Below, piece after piece: positions 6,177 through 6,922 of a stretch of 6,922 nt of DNA. Where the stretch lies: positions 1-6,922 of the forward strand of contig NW_021829115.1 of assembly GCF_006345805.1 (NCBI RefSeq). Direction: 5' to 3'. A program made the translations under genes and the position numbers. The first letter of the stretch is position 1; each line of letters starts with the position of its first letter. Under the pieces are notes generated by a model, which searched no databases, had not been told where the DNA came from, and worked only from the letters and a program-made list of their open reading frames with translations. This DNA is from Octopus sinensis. Its lineage: Eukaryota.

Positions 6177-6184
6177 TATGTATA

Positions 6185-6775
6185 TCTGGGTTTAGTTTAG
6201 TCCTCTTATTTCATTTTCTTTATCTAGTGTTATATTCTTATTTTTAACGAGTTTTCCTCGTTTCAAGATTTCTTTGGCAAATTTTTCTCAGCCAGATTTT
6301 TCATATTTATATCTTTGGTAAATCCATGCACTGTCTGTAGTAATGTTTCTAGTTGTTTCTCATTTGCAGTATTCAGCGTGTGATCGTCCATAAAGAAAAG
6401 ACGGTATGACCATAGCATTTGTAATCACATCCAGTTCTGTTTAGTTCGTCGATTAAAGGTGTCAGTGCCAGACAGAAAAGGGGGTAGAGAGAGCGAGTTT
6501 CCTTCAAGTATTCCTCTTTTAGTGGGGATCGCTTCAGTTTTTATAAAGCCCTCTTTTACCTGTAACTGCAGAACTATTTGTTCTTTACTCGTCACTTATT
6601 TTATATGTTCTATTATTTTTGGTCCTACCTTGCTCATGGCTAGTGCTCTCAGATTCGGCGTGTGGAGGATACTGTCAAAAGCCTTCCGGTAATCAATCAA
6701 AGGCTTAGGCAATTCCTTTATTGTTTTTTTGGGGGGCGATGGCAGTTTTCAGATTTTTTAGATGTTTTTGTCGTT
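6185..6775 (-). mobile_element. Decayed R4/Dong-clade LINE, RT core (same element as 4521-5751)
   Basis: IDYRKAFDS (6671-6697), RGILEGNSLS (about 6488-6517; decayed RGIFQGDSLS), FMDD (6383-6394). It continues across the SINE into YLG (domain 7). Confidence 0.9.
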
Positions 6776-6791
6776 CTATAAAATATCGTCG

Positions 6792-6916
6792 TCTTCTTCT
6801 TCTTCTTCTTCTTCTTCTTTTTCTTCTTCTTCTTCTCTCTTCTTCTTCTTCTTCTCTTCTTCTCTCTTCTTCTTCTTCTCTTCTTCTTCTTCTTCTCTTC
6901 TTCTTCTTCTTCTCTC
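6792..6916. repeat. (TTC)n-type polypyrimidine microsatellite with TC interruptions
   Basis: Direct reading. Confidence 0.97.
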
Positions 6917-6922
6917 CTTATC

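Noticed and set aside
4634-6692. Plus-strand ORFs 4634..4834, 5098..5295, 5948..6247 and 6459..6692
   Set aside because: Antisense shadows of the Dong LINE or SINE.

Overview
AT-rich eukaryotic repeat-graveyard DNA with no intact gene. The SINE families look like octopus (coleoid cephalopod) repeats to me; this is recall, not a database search. From left to right: (1) the frameshifted 3' end of an RTE-clade LINE (1-860, +), abutting a headless tRNA-SINE (864-1160); (2) a second SINE family (1936-2270, -); (3) a dense block (about 1680-4520) of short elements separated by (TA)n tracts, including a nested ~1.25 kb foldback (2861-4110), a dispersed direct repeat and a 187-bp palindrome; (4) a decayed R4/Dong-clade LINE (4521-6775, -) interrupted by a near full-length SINE with an 8-bp TSD; (5) a (TTC)n tract. 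The most interesting signal is in block 3. Four unrelated sequence families there carry type I hammerhead-ribozyme (HHR)-like motifs, three with a complete fold and one only the 3' half. Each has a short self-complementary stem III and a 45-135 nt tail ending at a (TA)n tract, as expected for Penelope-like/retrozyme-type non-autonomous elements. One pair sits head-to-head in an inverted repeat and one has a U3-A8 covariant core. Ribozyme activity is inferred from motif and fold only.
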